A stretch of 64,000 nt of DNA from Candidatus Zhuqueibacterota bacterium (GTDB taxonomy: Bacteria > Zhuqueibacterota > Zhuqueibacteria > Residuimicrobiales > Oceaniaggregativiventaceae), in NCBI GenBank assembly GCA_014728085.1, contig WJMF01000164.1:1418-65417 (forward strand). Direction: 5' to 3'. Positions 10,099 through 19,427 of the stretch are shown here, in pieces (within the stretch, counting starts at the first letter, position 1; each line of letters starts with the position of its first letter). Below the pieces are notes generated by a model that saw only the letters and a program-made list of their open reading frames with translations, had not been told where the DNA came from and did not search any database. Position numbers and translations under genes: made by a program.

Positions 10099-11559
10099 TC
10101 AGGACTTGAAAATGACCGAAATTCGTTTCCAGAGAAAGAAGAAATACAGGAGAACGATTAAAGCAGAGACAAAACTCATGCCCCATACAGAGACGGGCAG
10201 AAATTTAAAAATCGTTAAAACCACAATGGTTGAAAGACTCCATTTGATATCAGAGGAGAAAACGGCCCGCAGGGTTTTTTGCCAGGGTACCTGAGCCACT
10301 TCGCCGGTCCAGAGCAGTAGCCAGCCATAGCAGAGAACCCCGGAAAAAGAAAAAATTGCCAAAGCCAGGCGGGGGCTGTCTGCAACGCCACCGATGATCA
10401 GGGCGGCGATGCGGGAAGCCAGGATAAAAACATTGAACAGCAATCCTTTTTCCTGTTTTTCCGAAATGTTGATAATATTGGAAAGCGGAGACGCCAGAAG
10501 CAAAATAAATGCCCAGGGCGCCATAATTTGGACATAAACGCCGGCCTCCGCCCATTTTTGTCCCAGCAAAACGATAAAGAGTTCTTTGCCGACAAAGGTG
10601 AGAACCAGAAGAGGGACGAATCCGATTTGCGATAGCATTTTTACGGTTTGTAGAAAAATCAAATCGATCTTTCCTTCTCTATGGGCCTCGGCGCCTTTTT
10701 GGAAAAAGACCTGGGCAATGGCACGGCCAATGACATTTATCGGCATTCGGATAACTCTGTCACCCATCATATAGAACCCTACGATTGTTGTATTAAAAAA
10801 CAGCGCCAGGAAAAGTGTTGGAACTTGCCAAGAGAAGGTATTGATTAAACTTGCCCACAGGGAAAATTTTGGAAATTTCTTATATTTTTTCATTTGAGCG
10901 ACAAGGTTACGTCCGCTTATGCCCTTTTTAAAAATATTTTTGTCATTTTGAATAATGCCGAAGAGATGAATACAATCCTCGGAAATTTTACCGACAAACA
11001 ATCCAAGGATGAGACCCAAAGGTGAGGGGTAGAACAACAAACCAAAAAGAATCTGTATCAACACCATCAGGCCACCATAAGCAATTCTGCCCTGTGCGAG
11101 CAGTTTATAACGGTTGCGACGGGTGTTCCAGAAATTGACTGCGTTATAGCCGCCAAAGAGAATGATTCCAAAACCGGTGAGCCAGAGGTAGGGACTCAGT
11201 TGTGGAGCGTTGAGAAGGGCAGAAACAGGTTCCCTGAATATATAGAATAGAACACCACTGATCAGCGCGACGATTAATGAAAAAAACAGATGAAGTATCA
11301 TAAGATGCAGGCCGTCCCGATGTTCACTCGGTAACAGAATAGCAAATTCATAACGAAGTCCTGAAACAATGGAGAGCGTCAGAATAATGGTGGTGAGTAG
11401 CTGTAATATGCCAAAGATTTCAACAGGATAGATTCGCGACAGAACCGGGGCAGACAATACAATCATCGCCTGACTGATCGTGGTTCCCAATCCCAGTTTG
11501 AATGTGTCATTGATGAGTGAGTTGCTGCTGCGAAATTTTAGAAATGACATAGCGTCCAT
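10099..11559 (-). CDS. MOP-superfamily polysaccharide/oligosaccharide flippase (Wzx-like)
   Basis: 486 aa with about 12-14 TM helices. The N-terminal pattern is typical of polysaccharide biosynthesis (PST) flippases. Stop codon is 4 nt after the YfhO1 stop. Confidence 0.75.
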   Translation of the reverse strand: MDAMSFLKFRSSNSLINDTFKLGLGTTISQAMIVLSAPVLSRIYPVEIFGILQLLTTIILTLSIVSGLRYEFAILLPSEHRDGLHLMILHLFFSLIVALISGVLFYIFREPVSALLNAPQLSPYLWLTGFGIILFGGYNAVNFWNTRRNRYKLLAQGRIAYGGLMVLIQILFGLLFYPSPLGLILGLFVGKISEDCIHLFGIIQNDKNIFKKGISGRNLVAQMKKYKKFPKFSLWASLINTFSWQVPTLFLALFFNTTIVGFYMMGDRVIRMPINVIGRAIAQVFFQKGAEAHREGKIDLIFLQTVKMLSQIGFVPLLVLTFVGKELFIVLLGQKWAEAGVYVQIMAPWAFILLLASPLSNIINISEKQEKGLLFNVFILASRIAALIIGGVADSPRLALAIFSFSGVLCYGWLLLWTGEVAQVPWQKTLRAVFSSDIKWSLSTIVVLTIFKFLPVSVWGMSFVSALIVLLYFFFLWKRISVIFKS

Positions 11560-11674
11560 TTTTAGTTGAATTTAAGAAATCAAAAGCATTTTTCCACGAG
11601 AAAAATATTCGCTTGAACTATTGTCACAAATTTCTCAAATTACGGAGAAAATGCAAAAAGATTCTGGATAAAGA

Positions 11675-14056
11675 ATGAATGTTTTCAACCAAAGATCCAA
11701 AACGACAATCATCGCCGGCATGGTGATAACAGTCATATTGCTTTTGCTCATTCAATACCAACCCGCTTTGCTGCAGGACACCCGCATCACTGATCTCAAT
11801 CACAAGGCATTGCTGAAATACGATGAAAAACACGACCAAACGGGAGAGTCCATATCTCATCCACAGTGGCTACCCTATATTTTCTCCGGCATGCCCTTGG
11901 TAACGGATATATTAATTGTTCCAAAGACTGATATTGTGGATCAGGGGTTGCTGGATTTTTTCAACTGGTTTTCTTTTGCGCTCGGCGAGCCATTGATTTA
12001 TTTGCTAATCATCAACAGTGTAATATTTTCATGGTTCGTATTTATTTATCTAAAACAACAAAACCTTTCTACCGAATCGGCTCTTTTCCCGGCTCTGACG
12101 CTTCCATTTTTACCGCTTTTTACGGATTTGACAACGCACGGACAGCACTCGGTTTTTTATACATTTACATTATTGCCGGTTTTACTGGTTGTTATATCAA
12201 AATTATCGCAAAAGCAGAATGCTCTGTATTTATGCCTGAGTGTATTGCTCTTTGGATTCATGTTCCTGCGGGGAAGTTTATCACTTTCAGTGATGATTAT
12301 TGTCTTTCTGGTGTTTGTATTTTTGTTGTTACGTCCGGCAGCGGGCAGTGGCGACAGGTGGTTTTTCCTTTTCTTGATGGTTGTCGCTATTACGGCAGGT
12401 TTTTTGCTGTCTGCGGTACACTATTTCCCCGTGATTGCCGGTTCCTCTTTTCTAACCGAGTTGACGCAAGAATCCTTACATTTTGAGAATCCGTTCAAAG
12501 CATTTAGCGCGGTAATCCCTTCTTTTCTTCAAGTCACATCGTCTGGAACGGATTTTTCACGGCTTTATATGTACCTGGGAGGGGTTATCTTTTTCTTGGC
12601 AGGGATTGCGATGTTTTTTCGGCGGGACCGCCAAACCCGTTTTTGGAGCTTTGTTGCCCTGATCTGTTTTCTTCTTTTTTCAAGTGGATTTATGCTTATC
12701 AAACCTGTTTCGCACGACATTTTGAATCTGGTTTATTTGTTTTCGGCCTTTGCTTTTTTCGTTTTGGCCGCCTATGGAATTCAGTATCTGCAAGAGGTAT
12801 CCGTCGTGCAGAATGGCAACAAAAAATTTCTAAGAATCTATTTTTTTGTTTTTTTTGCAGTAATGTTGCTTTTTCTTATCTATCTGATTTTTGCCCGCAA
12901 TCAGTATTTAAATGTCATCGCCACTGAGGGCGTTTTTCTGACGATTCCTGAGCGAATTCAGCATTATTCCACTTTGTTATTTGATTTGATTCGAATCTTG
13001 TTTTTTCTGATTATAACATTCTATTTTATCGGACTCTGTTTGGAGCAAAAAGTAGGAATTCGCAGTCTGGTGCTCATTTTAGCGGCTATTGCTTTATTGG
13101 ACTTTGGATTCATCAACAGGCGCCTGGTTGAAACAGATTTGCATTATAACGAGGATACATATTTCAATGCCACCCCAACTGTTTATTTTATAAAATCCGA
13201 CAAGAGTATTCATCGGGTTTTGCCCATTCAAAACACAAAATGCGCCAACTGGTATGTTTTGCATGAAATTGAGAGTATTGCCGGTTTTGCACCTCAAGTC
13301 CCCGTGTTTTATAGCAGCTTTCTTGAGCAAACGGGATACAGGTATCCGTTTAATGGGTTTTTGGCCAAGTACTGGCGCATGACCATGATCAATAAAAAAC
13401 CAGAGTGGGAAGCGGTTCCCCTCATGGAAATACCGGTAAACCGTTTGAATTTTGATTATGCCATGCTGGACATGCTTAATGTAAAATATATTGTTTTGGA
13501 TTCGCTGCAAATTCCTGATCCGCGTTATGAGCTGGTCTATGATACCGGTAGACAACGCGTCTATGAAAACACACGTGTCTTGCCCCGTGTTTTTTTCGCC
13601 GATACGGTGAAAGTGATTATCGGTAAATCTCACATTTTTGAATATATGAAGAATAGACATTTTGATCCCCGCAAGACAGCGATCCTGGAGGAGGATCCGG
13701 GATTTACTCTGTTTGATGCGGATAGCAATCAGGCAGAGATCGTTTCTCTTTCGGCGCATGAAATTGTCATAGACGCCAATGCCCATAAAAACACGATTAT
13801 GCTATCAAGTGAGCCCTATTATCCCGCTGGTTGGAAAGCATATATCGATGGTATTGAGACCAGGATTTATGTAGCGAATTCCGTTCTGCGCTCAATTTGT
13901 TTGCCGGCCGGAGAACATCGTATTGTATTTCGATATCACGCAAGTGGCTATAGTTTGGGAAAGTGGACGAGTCTGAGCGTACTTTTATTCATTTTGGTCT
14001 TGCTGCTTGCCGTGCTCGCAGTATATATTAGAAATCAAACACAGAAGGCGTTATGA
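11675..14056 (+). CDS. YfhO-family membrane protein (GT-C-type), paralog 2
   Basis: 793 aa and multi-TM. Matches YfhO1 in LDMLNVKY[LI]V, P[RA]FFADTV, YYPAGW[RK]A[FY][VI]DG[VI]ET[PR]IY and the C-terminal TM segment. Confidence 0.8.
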   Translation: MNVFNQRSKTTIIAGMVITVILLLLIQYQPALLQDTRITDLNHKALLKYDEKHDQTGESISHPQWLPYIFSGMPLVTDILIVPKTDIVDQGLLDFFNWFSFALGEPLIYLLIINSVIFSWFVFIYLKQQNLSTESALFPALTLPFLPLFTDLTTHGQHSVFYTFTLLPVLLVVISKLSQKQNALYLCLSVLLFGFMFLRGSLSLSVMIIVFLVFVFLLLRPAAGSGDRWFFLFLMVVAITAGFLLSAVHYFPVIAGSSFLTELTQESLHFENPFKAFSAVIPSFLQVTSSGTDFSRLYMYLGGVIFFLAGIAMFFRRDRQTRFWSFVALICFLLFSSGFMLIKPVSHDILNLVYLFSAFAFFVLAAYGIQYLQEVSVVQNGNKKFLRIYFFVFFAVMLLFLIYLIFARNQYLNVIATEGVFLTIPERIQHYSTLLFDLIRILFFLIITFYFIGLCLEQKVGIRSLVLILAAIALLDFGFINRRLVETDLHYNEDTYFNATPTVYFIKSDKSIHRVLPIQNTKCANWYVLHEIESIAGFAPQVPVFYSSFLEQTGYRYPFNGFLAKYWRMTMINKKPEWEAVPLMEIPVNRLNFDYAMLDMLNVKYIVLDSLQIPDPRYELVYDTGRQRVYENTRVLPRVFFADTVKVIIGKSHIFEYMKNRHFDPRKTAILEEDPGFTLFDADSNQAEIVSLSAHEIVIDANAHKNTIMLSSEPYYPAGWKAYIDGIETRIYVANSVLRSICLPAGEHRIVFRYHASGYSLGKWTSLSVLLFILVLLLAVLAVYIRNQTQKAL

Positions 14057-15261
14057 AAAAACCGGATCTTTCTTTTCATAAAACCATATATATGTTTTCC
14101 GGGACCCTTAAAGGGCTCTTTTTTATCCTGGTTGTAATTTGCATATTGGTTATTATCATATATATCCAGAGTTTAATCAATGATCTGAGGGCCCAAACCA
14201 GGGAATGGATAGAACTGCGGGTTCAGGAGATACAACAGCTGGCTTCGGATGAACAGGCGGGAGACAACCTTACCTGGGGTCTGGAGAATATCATCCAAAA
14301 AACAGAGCTGCCACTGATTGTCACCGATCAGAAAGGCAATCCGGCGGCATGGTCAAACATCGGTGTAGCCCGTGATGATTGGTCGCCTGAAGCTATAAAT
14401 GAAGTACAGCGGCTGTTGAAAAAAATGCAGAGCAACAACCGGCGGTTCCCGATTACCTATAGGGGGCAGGTGGTCAATTATCTCTATTATGGTGATTCCA
14501 GGCTTACCACCCAGTTGCGTTACCTGCCTTTTATAACTATCTTCGGCCTCGGATTATTAATCTTTGCGGCCTTTATGGGATTCAGTAGCATAAAACATAG
14601 CGAACAACGCTATGTATGGGTGGGTATGGCCAAGGAAACCGCTCATCAACTCGGGACCCCTTTATCATCGCTGATGGGATGGCTTGAGATCATCAAGTTG
14701 CATCCGAATGATCCGTCGCGCATTAAACAGATGGCCGAAGATATGACCATTGATGTTAACCGTCTGGAGCAGGTCGCGGCGCGGTTTTCAAAGATCGGAT
14801 CGAAGGCAGAACTTACTATACAGGAGATCCATCCTGTTCTTCAGGAGGTGATTGCTTATTTTCAAAAGCGCTTACCCCAGAAGAGCAAAGATATTCAGCT
14901 GATAGCGGATTTAAAACCGGTTAAGCGGGTGGCTCTGAACCGGGATCTGTTTGTATGGGCAGTGGAAAATTTAATCAAAAATGCCCTTGACGCGGTAAAG
15001 CGCAGAAATGGTAAAGTAACCATTCGAACCGGTATGCTGGAGGACGAAAACAAGATTTATATTGATATCGAAGATACCGGTGTTGGGATTCCTGTGCAAA
15101 ATCGTCGAAATGTTTTCAAGCCAGGCTATAGTACAAAAAAGAGGGGATGGGGATTGGGCCTGAATGTGACAAAGCGCATTGTGGAAGAGTTGCACAAAGG
15201 AAGGGTATTCATCAAGGAGACTCATATAGACAAAGGGACAACCATGCGGATCGTGCTGTGA
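14053..15261 (+). CDS. Two-TM sensor histidine kinase (HisKA + HATPase_c)
   Basis: ATGA overlap with YfhO2. TM helices at about residues 20-40 and 150-175. H-box AHQLGTPLSSL, N box NLIKNALDA, G1 DTGVGIP, G2 GWGLGL. Confidence 0.88.
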   Translation: MKKPDLSFHKTIYMFSGTLKGLFFILVVICILVIIIYIQSLINDLRAQTREWIELRVQEIQQLASDEQAGDNLTWGLENIIQKTELPLIVTDQKGNPAAWSNIGVARDDWSPEAINEVQRLLKKMQSNNRRFPITYRGQVVNYLYYGDSRLTTQLRYLPFITIFGLGLLIFAAFMGFSSIKHSEQRYVWVGMAKETAHQLGTPLSSLMGWLEIIKLHPNDPSRIKQMAEDMTIDVNRLEQVAARFSKIGSKAELTIQEIHPVLQEVIAYFQKRLPQKSKDIQLIADLKPVKRVALNRDLFVWAVENLIKNALDAVKRRNGKVTIRTGMLEDENKIYIDIEDTGVGIPVQNRRNVFKPGYSTKKRGWGLGLNVTKRIVEELHKGRVFIKETHIDKGTTMRIVL

Positions 15262-16001
15262 CGGATTTGAGCGATAAAGTTGTTTTGGTAACCGGGAGTT
15301 CCAGAGGGCTGGGTAAGGGAATGGCCTGCGGCCTGGCACGTCATGGCGCTTCGGTGGTTGTCCATTATCTGCAAAACAGGGAAGCGGCAGAGCAAACCGG
15401 AGAGGAAATTTCAAAGATTGGCAGGGAACCCCTGATTGTACAGGCGGATGTCCGTCAATGGCAACAGGTTCAGTCTCTTATCGATAAAGTGATCCGGTTT
15501 TATGGACGTATTGATGTGATGGTAAATAATGTTGGAGCTTTTTTGCAGTCTTCCCTGGCGGATTTGGATATAGAGTCCTGGCATAATTTGTTGGATAGCA
15601 ATCTGAATAGCGCTTTTTATTGTTGTAAAGCGGTTTTACCTTATATGCGTGAACAAAAGTGGGGCAGGATTATCAATATCGCTGTGGCAAATGCGGACCG
15701 GATTCATGCTTATCAAAGAATTACCGCATATGCTATTGCCAAAACAGCGGTTTTAATTTTGACAAGATCTTTTGCTGTTGAGGAAGCGAAAAGTGGAATT
15801 ACTGTAAACGCCATCTCACCCGGCTTTATGGATAACGGAGGTATTTCAGAACAGGAAAAAACCAGACAGAGTCTAATGGTTCCTCAAAAGCGTTTGGGCA
15901 CCGTTGATGATTTGTTGCCTGTCATTTGTGCTCTTATCGACGATCGGAGCCGTTATGTAACCGGTAGCAACACGGTGGTCAGCGGAGGCTGGGGGCTCTG
16001 A
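15258..16001 (+). CDS. SDR-family oxidoreductase (FabG-like 3-oxoacyl-ACP reductase family)
   Basis: The ORF track starts at 15147 inside the HK gene; the real start is GTG 15258 (GTGA overlap with the HK stop). TGSSRGLGKG glycine motif, YAIAK (Y-x3-K) and NNVG. Confidence 0.85.
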   Translation: MTDLSDKVVLVTGSSRGLGKGMACGLARHGASVVVHYLQNREAAEQTGEEISKIGREPLIVQADVRQWQQVQSLIDKVIRFYGRIDVMVNNVGAFLQSSLADLDIESWHNLLDSNLNSAFYCCKAVLPYMREQKWGRIINIAVANADRIHAYQRITAYAIAKTAVLILTRSFAVEEAKSGITVNAISPGFMDNGGISEQEKTRQSLMVPQKRLGTVDDLLPVICALIDDRSRYVTGSNTVVSGGWGL

Positions 16002-16002
16002 A

Positions 16003-16737
16003 CTATTGTCGCGGAAATTCAAGCTCGTTTGCTACCTCATCCATTAAAGTGTCTCCCTGTTTGGATTTTTTTTCAGTGGAAAACCCGGAGGTGGTTACAT
16101 AAATTTTATAATAATAACCATAGGCGGGATAGGAATAGACCGAATTGCCATAAACGCCTTCGATTAGCGGCAACCGTTCACCGATGTTGTAGAGAAAGCG
16201 CCAAAAGCCGTTGTTTTGGCCGGCAACCAACGTGTAGGGTGTTACTTGTTTGCTTTCGGCGCTTTTAACATCGGAATATCTTCCGGCAACGCGGGTCAGT
16301 CTGTACATCGTATGCAGGCCGACAAAGGTAACCATGTTTTCCCATTTGAGAATATCTCCTTCAACTGTCCACTGGTCTCCTTTTAACGGAAAGGTATGCG
16401 GTTGCTGTTGTACACCGTCGATAACGGGGATGAATACGAGTTCAAAATCGGCCAATTCGATAGGGGTTGGCCGGCATTGGACGAAGGCGACCAATTGTTG
16501 TTTTGTAAAAGCGTGAAAAGCGCGCAAGTAGGCGGCAGTGGAAAATAGAGCAATTGCGGTGAGTAGCAAGATCAGTGAAACAATACATCCGAGTCTGGGG
16601 CTCTTTTTCTTTTTTTGGGTTTCCTTCTTCTTAAAAGCATTGCGAAGGGCCAATAAGATATAGGCTGTGATGAGCGTAACAACGAAAAGCAAAGCATAGA
16701 CAAGGATTGTGTTCATGTCTGCAAAGAGTTCTCTCAT
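16003..16737 (-). CDS. Hypothetical membrane protein (2 N-terminal TM helices + about 170-aa soluble domain)
   Basis: ATGA overlap with the upstream GT9 gene. Lys-rich loop between the two TM helices. No recognisable family. It is the last gene of the minus-strand LPS-core block. Confidence 0.55.
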   Translation of the reverse strand: MRELFADMNTILVYALLFVVTLITAYILLALRNAFKKKETQKKKKSPRLGCIVSLILLLTAIALFSTAAYLRAFHAFTKQQLVAFVQCRPTPIELADFELVFIPVIDGVQQQPHTFPLKGDQWTVEGDILKWENMVTFVGLHTMYRLTRVAGRYSDVKSAESKQVTPYTLVAGQNNGFWRFLYNIGERLPLIEGVYGNSVYSYPAYGYYYKIYVTTSGFSTEKKSKQGDTLMDEVANELEFPRQ

Positions 16738-17771
16738 TTGATTTCCTCATAAATCAACATCTTGAACTTTTCAATCACCTGTTCCACTGTGATTTCATTC
16801 ATACAATTGTACCGGTCACAGGAGGAACAGGTTTTACATTTTGTTATATTCGGCATCAACACGCAGGCGCTGTTATTATAGGGCCTCCAGCGGTTGGGAT
16901 GACAGGGGAGCAGGGGACAATAGAGACCTATAACAGGGGTTCCAACGGCCACAGCGAGATGCAAGGGTCCTGTGCTGTTGGCAATGACAAGTTTTGCCTT
17001 TTTTAACAACGCTCCCAGCTCTTTGATGTTAAGTTGACCCTCCAGTCGAATTGGTTTGGTTGTTGACAAATGCATCATCTTGTCGATGAGCGGTTTTTCG
17101 TTTTGCGTGCCGCTAACGAGAACCATCTCATTCATCTCGTTTTGGATGCGGTCTGCAAGAAGAGCAAATTTTTCTATTGGCCAGTCGAGAGCGGAACCAC
17201 CACTGCCCGGATGAATCACGATGAAGGTTTTTTTAAAAGGCTTGAGCAACGCGTTGATTTTTGTATTGGCCTCGGGAGGTATGTAAAAATAAAATCGGAC
17301 ATTATGCGGACGAGCGTCTAGTGCGGCGGCGAGGTCGAGATTCAGGTCTACTTCATGTCTGCCGCTTTTTTTGCGATGATGCGGGATCCGCAGGGTAAAG
17401 AAAAAAGAATAAGGTCTGTACCGGGTTCCGACCCTGACCGGTATTCGCGCCAACCAGCAAATCAGCGCCAGACTGAAAGTGGGGTGGAGCAAGAGGGCGG
17501 CATCAAAGCGTTGTGATTTAATTTTTTTTAAAAGTTGAAAAAATATCGTCAGGGGGCTTCTTCCCGAACCAGTCAGAAGGATTTGGTCCAGGTGCGGATG
17601 TCCCTGAACAACTTGATATGTATAGGGTTTGATCAGCATGGCGATATATGCGGCGGGATAACGTTTTCTCAGAGCGGTGAGAACCGGAGTGGAAAGGATA
17701 ACATCGCCCATTCGGTCGGTGCGAATGACGAGAAAGCGTTTGTATAAAGTTGTGTTTTCTTTTTTTGTCAT
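16734..17771 (-). CDS. GT9 family glycosyltransferase (LPS heptosyltransferase-like) with C-terminal Cys4 cluster
   Basis: N-terminal MGDVILSTPVLTALRKRYP matches the RfaC/RfaF GT9 signature. C-terminal KCKTCSSCDRYNC tail. Confidence 0.85.
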   Translation of the reverse strand: MTKKENTTLYKRFLVIRTDRMGDVILSTPVLTALRKRYPAAYIAMLIKPYTYQVVQGHPHLDQILLTGSGRSPLTIFFQLLKKIKSQRFDAALLLHPTFSLALICWLARIPVRVGTRYRPYSFFFTLRIPHHRKKSGRHEVDLNLDLAAALDARPHNVRFYFYIPPEANTKINALLKPFKKTFIVIHPGSGGSALDWPIEKFALLADRIQNEMNEMVLVSGTQNEKPLIDKMMHLSTTKPIRLEGQLNIKELGALLKKAKLVIANSTGPLHLAVAVGTPVIGLYCPLLPCHPNRWRPYNNSACVLMPNITKCKTCSSCDRYNCMNEITVEQVIEKFKMLIYEEIK

Positions 17772-18409
17772 TAGATCGCTTCCAGAACGGTGTTGATTTC
17801 GAGTGCGGAAATGGCCCCTTCTCTGATAATGCGAACAGGATTTTTGGTAACATCGATTACCGTCGAGGGCACATTGGAGGGTGAGGGGCCGCTATCGACG
17901 ATGCAGTCCAGTTGATCGCCAAAATAGTCATAAACGTCGTGAGCTGTGGTTGCGGCCGGGAAATTGCTCTTGTTTGCACTAGTAGAAACAATTGGAAATC
18001 CGCAATTTTTTAACAGAGCTAAACAAATGGGGTAATCAGGGATGCGTATAGCGATCGTTTTGGTTTTTCTTGGCGCAAAATCCTGTAAATTTGATGAGGC
18101 AAGAAAGACCATTGTTAATGGGCCCGGCCAAAAATTTTCAGCCAGTATTTCAGCTGATCCGGGAATCTCTTCAACGAGATAACGCACCTGAAGAATATCG
18201 GCTGCGATTAAAATCATGGCTTTGCTTTGGTCGCGGCCTTTAAGGGTAAAAATTTGATCGACCGCATTGACGTTAAACGCATCGCACCCTATTCCATAAA
18301 TCGTTTCTGTGGGATAGCCGATCACACCGCCGGTTTGTAAAACGTGGCCTACCCGGCTGATCAGATCGGGTTCCGGTTGAATGGGATCTATTTTGAGTAT
18401 TTTATTCAT
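17771..18409 (-). CDS. tsaC: L-threonylcarbamoyladenylate synthase (YrdC/TsaC family)
   Basis: 212 aa; GGVIGYPTETIYGIGCDAFN YrdC signature. Confidence 0.85.
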   Translation of the reverse strand: MNKILKIDPIQPEPDLISRVGHVLQTGGVIGYPTETIYGIGCDAFNVNAVDQIFTLKGRDQSKAMILIAADILQVRYLVEEIPGSAEILAENFWPGPLTMVFLASSNLQDFAPRKTKTIAIRIPDYPICLALLKNCGFPIVSTSANKSNFPAATTAHDVYDYFGDQLDCIVDSGPSPSNVPSTVIDVTKNPVRIIREGAISALEINTVLEAI

Positions 18410-19427
18410 AAAGACGATGCTGTTTTAAATAGGTTATGGTTTCCTCAAATATTCTTTTGGGCTTAATAGCTGTCATACATTCATGTGTTTTTATCGGGCA
18501 TTCCGCACTGCCGTGCATACCACATGGCCGGCATTCGAGATTGGTTTGTATGGTTTTATAGTCAACTTTATACGGATAAAACCCAAACGCCGGTACTGTT
18601 GGCCCGAAAATTGCGATAACAGAGGTATTCATAGCGGAGGCCAAATGCAGAGGGGCGCTGTCGTTGCTGATCAGCAGAGAACAGTTGCCGATGACTTGTG
18701 CTGATTCCAAAAGAGACAATTGGTCGACGAGGTTGAGGATGTTTTTGTGATTTGTCGGCAGCGTTTTGACCAATTCCCGATCCTTTGGTCCGCCTAGTAA
18801 GATAACACTAATATTTGCTCTAAGCAATGCTGAAATCAAAGCAGCATAATATCGAGTGGGCCACCGTTTGGTAAACCAGACGGAGCCCGGCGCGACGGCG
18901 ATAACCGGTTTATTCAATTTTTCGATAATCTGTCCGGCTTTTTGTTTCTGGGCATCGCTGGTAATGAGCGTGAGTTTTGGCTCAATTTTACGATTCAGAT
19001 ACGATTCCAGCAGTGAAATATTTCTCTCCACCTCGTGTATATGCTGTTTGTATTCTACGAGATGCGTCATTAAAAAGGACCCTGCGCTTTGATCGAATCC
19101 TATTCTTTTTGGAACCCTTGCCAGTTTGGCCAACAGGGCACTTCGCAATGAGCGGTGTGGAATCAGAGCCAAATCATATTTTTCCCGTTTTAGCGTTTGA
19201 ACAACTCTGTAAAATCCGGCACAACCTTTGTCTTTGTTTTTTTTATCGTAAGCAATGAACCTTGTTACTGCCGGGTCATGTTCATAGATACCGGCTACAA
19301 GTGGTATGCCCAATATGTGAACGTCGGCATCTTTGAATGCTTTTCTGGTTTCATGTACCAATGGTGCCAGCAGAACAAGGTCACCGATAAATGCTGTATG
19401 TATTATTAAAACTTTATTGATGCTCAT
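18402..19427 (-). CDS. GT9 family glycosyltransferase (WaaF/WaaC heptosyltransferase-like) with C-terminal Cys4 cluster
   Basis: VLIIHTAFIGDLVLLAPLVHE GT9 N-terminus. C-terminal CRPCGMHGSAECPIKTHEC. Confidence 0.85.
   Translation of the reverse strand: MSINKVLIIHTAFIGDLVLLAPLVHETRKAFKDADVHILGIPLVAGIYEHDPAVTRFIAYDKKNKDKGCAGFYRVVQTLKREKYDLALIPHRSLRSALLAKLARVPKRIGFDQSAGSFLMTHLVEYKQHIHEVERNISLLESYLNRKIEPKLTLITSDAQKQKAGQIIEKLNKPVIAVAPGSVWFTKRWPTRYYAALISALLRANISVILLGGPKDRELVKTLPTNHKNILNLVDQLSLLESAQVIGNCSLLISNDSAPLHLASAMNTSVIAIFGPTVPAFGFYPYKVDYKTIQTNLECRPCGMHGSAECPIKTHECMTAIKPKRIFEETITYLKQHRLYE

Noticed and set aside
15147-15257. Upstream extension of the SDR ORF (ATG 15147) overlapping the last 115 nt of the histidine kinase.
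   Set aside because: The extension encodes no SDR domain sequence. The SDR Rossmann motif begins right after GTG 15258, which forms a GTGA coupling with the kinase stop. The long overlap is an ORF-calling artefact.
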